DNA of 62,643 bases, the filler included, from Basidiobolus meristosporus CBS 931.73 (taxonomy: Eukaryota; Fungi; Basidiobolomycota): assembly GCA_002104905.1 (NCBI GenBank). It is 3 parts of 3 records of this genome, joined end to end, with 100 filler letters (N's around TTAATTAATTAA, not from the genome) between each part and the next. Parts side by side here need not be neighbours in the genome. Positions count along the whole stretch, not along the records: positions 52,958 to 62,643 come from MCFE01001319.1; 2 more parts are not named here. One strand, given 5' to 3'. Made by a program: the position numbers and the translations under genes. A model generated the notes under the pieces. It worked only from the letters and a program-made list of their open reading frames with translations. It ran no database searches and was not told the origin of the DNA. This document shows positions 61,880-62,643 of the stretch, piece after piece; within the stretch, counting starts at the first letter, position 1; each line of letters starts with the position of its first letter.

Positions 61880-62643
61880 ATGACATCTTTGGCATTGGTT
61901 TGTACACAAACTGATCCCATCTTGTCAACCAACAGGGTACCTCTTCAAATTAGACTATTCAATTCTTCTCCTGGAAGCATCTTTGTGGTAAAGACCTTTT
62001 GTCAAAGACACATCTTCTTTGCAGCTGAGTATGATGGTAAGCAGTGTTCTGATGCCCTCCAAGCATTCTTGGCCCTTTTTGCTTTTGAGTGTTGAACTAG
62101 CAATGTGTGATTGACATTAAGATACATGCAGTCAAAGGTGCTTTGTTCTTTCTTCTGGTGCCTTAAGACTTCTTTGCCTACACCATTAGGAGGGCATTCT
62201 TTTCCCACAAGAATATCCCAAGGACCTCTTTCCTGTGGCAGCATGCTCATCTTCACCTTCCAGACATGGTAGTTAAATCCATCCACCTTTTCAGCAGAGG
62301 GGAAAATTCCAATAATAGCGGTGGTAAGCAACTCAGAGAGGGACCTATTGAGGCGCATGGACTATTGTAAGAGTCTAGAGATATTGGAAGTGATTGGGGG
62401 AACAAGTGGATCACAAGGTTTTCACTTGATGATTTATTGGAGTGGAAAAGTGGTATTTATACTTCTACATGGTCTTGACAGAAAAACCCCCGTAGAACAT
62501 GCTCAGGAAGGTCCCAAGAGCATGTGTGCAAGGTTTGGCATGGTTTGGCCAACTTCGGGAATTTTCATGTACTGGGTACTGTATACCTGATATTTCGGTG
62601 AAAATAGTCCAGGCAGGTCCCAACAAGGGATCTGGTCTGAATT
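61880..62643 (-). mobile_element. Copia gag 5' part and 5' LTR (from 62366, runs off the window end)
   Basis: AEKVDGFNYHVWKVKMSML...KNAWRASE..AAKKM gag start. The LTR begins tgtaagagtc on the plus strand at 62366. Confidence 0.85.

Overview
Eukaryotic, almost certainly fungal, draft-genome scaffold. An early-diverging fungus is my inference from gene style and TE families, not something the sequence proves. Two 100-bp assembly spacers (44N-TTAATTAATTAA-44N) lie at 25365-25464 and 52858-52957. The left ~25 kb is a CpG-containing, intron-poor gene neighbourhood in birth-and-death evolution: a tRNA-Leu(CAG) variant, two tandem DJ-1/PfpI (Hsp31/glyoxalase III-like) genes, one intact 232-aa secreted protein, a duplicated 72-aa orphan ORF, and two small secreted-protein families whose copies are each broken but can be reconstructed by comparing them. 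The right ~37 kb is a strongly CpG-depleted nest of transposons: two Ty3/gypsy elements (one very young, with a 4-bp TSD), a degenerate full-length Ty1/copia plus relics, several Tnp2/CACTA-like transposase relics, and a foldback MITE. The most unexpected signal is a 54-codon fragment resembling the C-terminus of a bacterial (Firmicutes-type) adenylosuccinate synthetase, joined to a copia gag at 61715-61879. Protein-family calls come from motif recognition only; no database searches were run.
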